Positions 26,101-28,915 of a DNA stretch of 28,915 bases are shown here, piece by piece (within the stretch, counting starts at the first letter, position 1; each line of letters opens with the position of its first letter). Below the pieces are notes generated by a model. The model worked only from the letters and a program-made list of their open reading frames with translations, was not told the origin of the DNA and did no database searches. The stretch is from positions 1-28,915 of the IMG/VR virus record IMGVR_UViG_3300032243_001073; one strand, 5' to 3'. Source of the DNA: a virus (Duplodnaviria; Caudoviricetes). Both the position numbers and the translations under genes were made by a program.

Positions 26101-26553
26101 GATCTAGAAAATTATAAGAGTGTGAGTGATGCTATAATTTATAGCTCGGCCAAATTTAAACCATTGTTCGGTAATAAAGCACCGAGCTCATTACAGGCAA
26201 CATTCAAAATAATTAAAAATATCAATGCAAATATCACTGACAGTGAAATACGCAGTCGGGTTTTGACCTATATCAATTTGTTTTTTGCCAGCGGCAACTG
26301 GAGCTTTGGGGAAACATTTTATTTTACTGAAATGGCAACCTATATACAACAAAGTTTAGCGCCAAATGTCAGCAGTATAGTTATTGTTCCCAATAGTGCG
26401 TCTCAGCTATACGGATCTTTACAACAGATCAGTAGCGAACCAAATGAAATTTTAATCAGTGCCGCCACAGTGGATAATATTGAAGTTATCAGCGCCATTA
26501 CCGCAGCACAGTTGAACCTTCAAACTTCCACGGTAAATACACTAATAAACTAA
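23143..26553 (+). CDS. gp6: Baseplate wedge subunit (gp6-like)
   Basis: DFQTLRKSMIDYL, ENFLDTAERRDSVLKLAKLVSYNP, LIFGDG, QNRMVTGEDY. Confidence 0.9.
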   Translation: MANTTRQNSLLVNQDWTKVYESFRNADFQSYDFQTLRKSMIDYLRVYYPENFNDFIESSEYIALIDMIAFLGQSLAFRTDLNARENFLDTAERRDSVLKLAKLVSYNPKRNQTATGFLKFESVQSTQTLYDSNGLDLTNLIVKWNDTTNVNWYEQFVTILNAAMPANQQVGKPANSQIIGGITYSEYNINLTPGALPVYKFASQIETSQLDFEIVSGTSAGQSYIYEAAPRPSAPMNVIYKNDNLGNASNNTGFFFYFKQGSLASQNFSFAESIPNNIAAINVNNINNTDVWLYDVASSGAVNNQWNQVPTVNGLNIIYNSNAAKKSFQVASKAGDQINLIFGDGTFAAIPQGDYRVYYRTSTGLTYKITPDEMQNIKISFNYVSKIGRIETITIIASLKYTVANSLARESLTDIKTKAPQLYYTQNRMVTGEDYNTFPYANYNSIALVKAVNRTSSGVSRFLDVVDTTGRYSSTNIFAEDGVLYQAANNTSFDFTWNTKTDINRVIDNQILPVIRANSLLQFYYKNFTRFNLSTLSLTWSRSTVGSGSSTGYFVDNLTSANRQQIGRGVAGNKSYITQGSILIFSPGAGNYFNSANEVVALPTGGTLPQNGKSLLYVTVTKLVGNGSQGNLTDGTGPVVLSENVPSGVAAITVIPSFSNSFTTSFISNLISLIFSYTEFGIRFDQAAGDWKIIAAQDLDLVSSFSQANQGSTIGMGLDASWLLSFQVNGPIYNVNIRGLNYAFESIKETKFYFDNRVKVYDPVTGLTVNDSVNLLKVNGNPDTGAPLSENILWYITGQPAESDGYVNNNKVLVTFSDTNNDGVPDNPDIFNTVVQPTGTAMTEKYVFFVKSYGYNNFITYKPLMSGAVNSEFATNLAILPNINNYTANQIFYAYSTGNFYVLTIQNGVRTLVQSTDYIVHIGRQDLYFQYKHNSPGNRRLDPSPSNLIDLYILTKEYDADYRAWIAGNTTEPDAPSSESLRLSLGDLENYKSVSDAIIYSSAKFKPLFGNKAPSSLQATFKIIKNINANITDSEIRSRVLTYINLFFASGNWSFGETFYFTEMATYIQQSLAPNVSSIVIVPNSASQLYGSLQQISSEPNEILISAATVDNIEVISAITAAQLNLQTSTVNTLIN
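26534..26539 (+). promoter_or_regulatory. Possible late promoter core TAAATA in the 3' end of gp6
   Basis: GGTAAATA about 30 nt upstream of the next ATG. Confidence 0.4.
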
Positions 26554-26568
26554 AAAAGTCAGAACGCA

Positions 26569-28915
26569 ATGCCTATTACTAAGACAATTAATTTTTTACC
26601 AGCAGTATTTCAAACAGAAACAAATCAGAAGTTTTTAAATGCCACGCTGGATCAATTAGTAACAGAGCCAAATCTTCGCCCTATTAACGGTTACGTTGGT
26701 CGCCAATTTGCACCAGGATACAACGGAGAATCCAACTACATTGTCGAACCTACCAAGGAACGACAATACTACCAACTAGAGCCCAGCGTGGTTGTAAAAG
26801 ATCCAATTAAGGGCAATGTAGATTTTCACAGTACCTATTTAGAAACTTTACAGCAATTAAAATTCTACGGCACAAACACAGATAATCAAAGTCGTCTATG
26901 GGGTAACGAATTTTACAGTTACGATCCTAAAATTAATTTAGATGCTTTTATTAACTTTGGACAATACTACTGGGTACCAAACGGGCCCGACTCGGTGCCT
27001 GTCTTTTCCAGCTCAGTGCCACTGGAAAAAACATTTTTTATCTATCCCAATGTCAATGACGCCGACTATAACATCAGCGGGTACGGTGTAGCACAAAATC
27101 CAGAAATCATATTGGCCCGCGGGGGTACATATACTTTTAATGTAAATCAAACTGGCAAACCTTTTTGGATACAGACAGACCCCGGCATCAGCGGCCGTCA
27201 GCTGAACAACAATAACTTGTCCAGCAGACAAGTGCTGGGAGTGACTAACAATGGCACAGACAAAGGCCTGGTTACATTTACAGTTCCCAAAGCCAACGCA
27301 CAAGATTTCTATACTAGTTTGCCCTTATTACAGGTTGTTGATCTAGCAACAGATCTATCTTACACACAGATTCAAAGTAAATTACTAAGTGTATTCCTAG
27401 CGGAACACGGCGGAATAGATGGGCAAAACACAAATCTAAACGGAAAATATTTAATTTTTGCAAAACAATATTTGGACGATGCCAGCTGGCAGTCCAATGG
27501 TTTGTTTGATAGCTCGTTAAATCCAGGTTTTGATACTATTGCATATGACAATGGCACCACAGTTGATAGTGCTTATCGTTACGGTGTTTGGAAAATTAAT
27601 CTCACTGACAGTGGTACCGGTGACTTTGTAATAGATTTAACTTTTGAACAGGCTATTCCTCTCAACAATAAAGTCATTGTCCAGTCGGGTACCAGTTACG
27701 GCAATACACAGTGGTATACTGATGTAATGGGGGTGTTGACGGAAACCCCCATCATAACAGCACTGCTCAACTACCTATACTATCAAGATGGTGTAGTGGC
27801 AAGTCAAGTTGGTACAATTAAAATTGTGGATGTGGGAAGTAGTTATATTGATGTTGACAGAGACATTGTGGGCAAAACAAATTATGTCAGTCCCAATGGT
27901 GTGACCTTTACCAACGGATTAAAAATTAAATTTGATACCAGTGTAACTCCAGTAAAATACCAAAACAATGAATATTATGTAGAATGTGTTGGTAAGTCTA
28001 TTGTATTGGTTCCAGTATCTGATTTAATTATTAACTTTGCCCAGTCTAGAAATAATTACAATCCGTTGAATTTTTTCAGCAGCAATGTGACTGTCAGTTT
28101 AAACTATAGTAAAGATCAAATTACCATAGGCACAGGCGATTACCCAGCAGATGCCAACGTTAAAACAGATACCTTTCCCAACAGCATAAACACCAACGCA
28201 ATTGTTAAACAAGATTTAACTTTTGTTTATCCTTATCGCGGGGGACTCGACGAACAAGGCGATCATAGCAGCATTTCTTTGGAAACAGGAACTGTTGGTG
28301 TCACACTACCTGGTATTGTTATCAACGGTGTAAGTAATGGTTGGTATGTACCAGGAGACGGCAGTACAATTTGGCATTACGACAGCGCACAAGCAAAAAT
28401 CAATGGTCAAGACAGTTATGGGGGTTACACAGAATCCAATGGAGAATACGTTTATAAAGACAGCACATTTATCACAGCCAATGCCTGGGGCAATGTGTCG
28501 GGGTTTACTTCGGGATACGTCAACACTGACAGTCATAGTAAATTAATTGGGTATGCCGCAGACGGATATCCTATCTATGGTCCTTATGGCTACTTGAATC
28601 CTGCTGATTCGTTGAGCCCTGTAGCCAAAATGACCAGTTCTTACCAATCAACAGATTCAGGCATAAACCGACCTGTTGCCAGAACTGTTACGCTGACAGC
28701 CAATGCAATAGCCACAAACACGCTGACCGTAAGTTCATCATTTGGTCTAAATCCTGGAATGGTAGTAACTTCGGGCTATGCGGGCGCGGCTAGAATTATT
28801 AATAACGGGCTGCATACTGCTGTTGGGCCCGCAGATTATGCCGGGGGCGCAAATCAAGTTACCTTAAACACAAATGTGACACTATATGCTGGAACCACGC
28901 TGACGTTTGCGTTCA
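26569..28915 (+). CDS. Very large baseplate wedge-associated protein (gp7-position), with YHYH-like domain; truncated by window end
   Basis: Not in ORF track. Frame read codon by codon is open from ATG 26569 (MPITKTINFLPAVFQTETNQKFLNATLDQL) to the window end (782 codons); contains NPEIILARGGTYTFNVNQTGKPFWIQT and HSKLIGYAADGYPIYGPYGY. Confidence 0.85.
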   Translation, partial: MPITKTINFLPAVFQTETNQKFLNATLDQLVTEPNLRPINGYVGRQFAPGYNGESNYIVEPTKERQYYQLEPSVVVKDPIKGNVDFHSTYLETLQQLKFYGTNTDNQSRLWGNEFYSYDPKINLDAFINFGQYYWVPNGPDSVPVFSSSVPLEKTFFIYPNVNDADYNISGYGVAQNPEIILARGGTYTFNVNQTGKPFWIQTDPGISGRQLNNNNLSSRQVLGVTNNGTDKGLVTFTVPKANAQDFYTSLPLLQVVDLATDLSYTQIQSKLLSVFLAEHGGIDGQNTNLNGKYLIFAKQYLDDASWQSNGLFDSSLNPGFDTIAYDNGTTVDSAYRYGVWKINLTDSGTGDFVIDLTFEQAIPLNNKVIVQSGTSYGNTQWYTDVMGVLTETPIITALLNYLYYQDGVVASQVGTIKIVDVGSSYIDVDRDIVGKTNYVSPNGVTFTNGLKIKFDTSVTPVKYQNNEYYVECVGKSIVLVPVSDLIINFAQSRNNYNPLNFFSSNVTVSLNYSKDQITIGTGDYPADANVKTDTFPNSINTNAIVKQDLTFVYPYRGGLDEQGDHSSISLETGTVGVTLPGIVINGVSNGWYVPGDGSTIWHYDSAQAKINGQDSYGGYTESNGEYVYKDSTFITANAWGNVSGFTSGYVNTDSHSKLIGYAADGYPIYGPYGYLNPADSLSPVAKMTSSYQSTDSGINRPVARTVTLTANAIATNTLTVSSSFGLNPGMVVTSGYAGAARIINNGLHTAVGPADYAGGANQVTLNTNVTLYAGTTLTFAF

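Noticed and set aside
556-28546. Many short ORFs in the track antisense to or nested in long genes (e.g. 3410-3889, 11299-11628, 18519-18953, 27013-27303)
   Set aside because: They are shadows of well-supported phage genes, with no motifs or expression signals.
1-28915. CRISPR array, tRNA genes, stop-codon reassignment, transposase or integrase
   Set aside because: No repeat-spacer array or cloverleaf was seen; TAA, TAG and TGA all end genes and the long ORFs are uninterrupted; no mobile-element enzymes were recognised.

Overview
This window is a segment of a large, divergent T4-like (myovirus-type) dsDNA phage genome using the standard genetic code. Minus strand at left: a head module (partial LamG/lectin-like gene, gp23 major capsid, gp22 scaffold, gp21 protease, acidic core protein, small ORF, gp20 portal) preceded by a tape-measure-like gene. 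Next comes a divergent gp26/gp51-like pair and a ~420-nt densely base-paired non-coding region. A minus-strand block follows: GIY-YIG nuclease, radical SAM, gp46, SGNH-like insert, gp47 and gp55 late sigma factor. At right is a plus-strand baseplate module (gp48/54-like, gp53, hub, gp5-like spike with C-terminal muramidase, gp25, gp6, and a large truncated wedge protein with a YHYH-like domain). Most notable: (1) a candidate large, pseudoknotted ncRNA starting right at the stop codon of a minimal GIY-YIG nuclease, a possible nuclease-RNA system; (2) a T_TTT_TTC -1 frameshift site that would fuse gp26-like to gp51-like, as in lambda G/GT tail chaperones; (3) an apparent ATT start codon for gp55; (4) repeated TAAATA-N5-ATG late promoters implying leaderless mRNAs. 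All family calls are from motif recognition by eye; no database searches were run.
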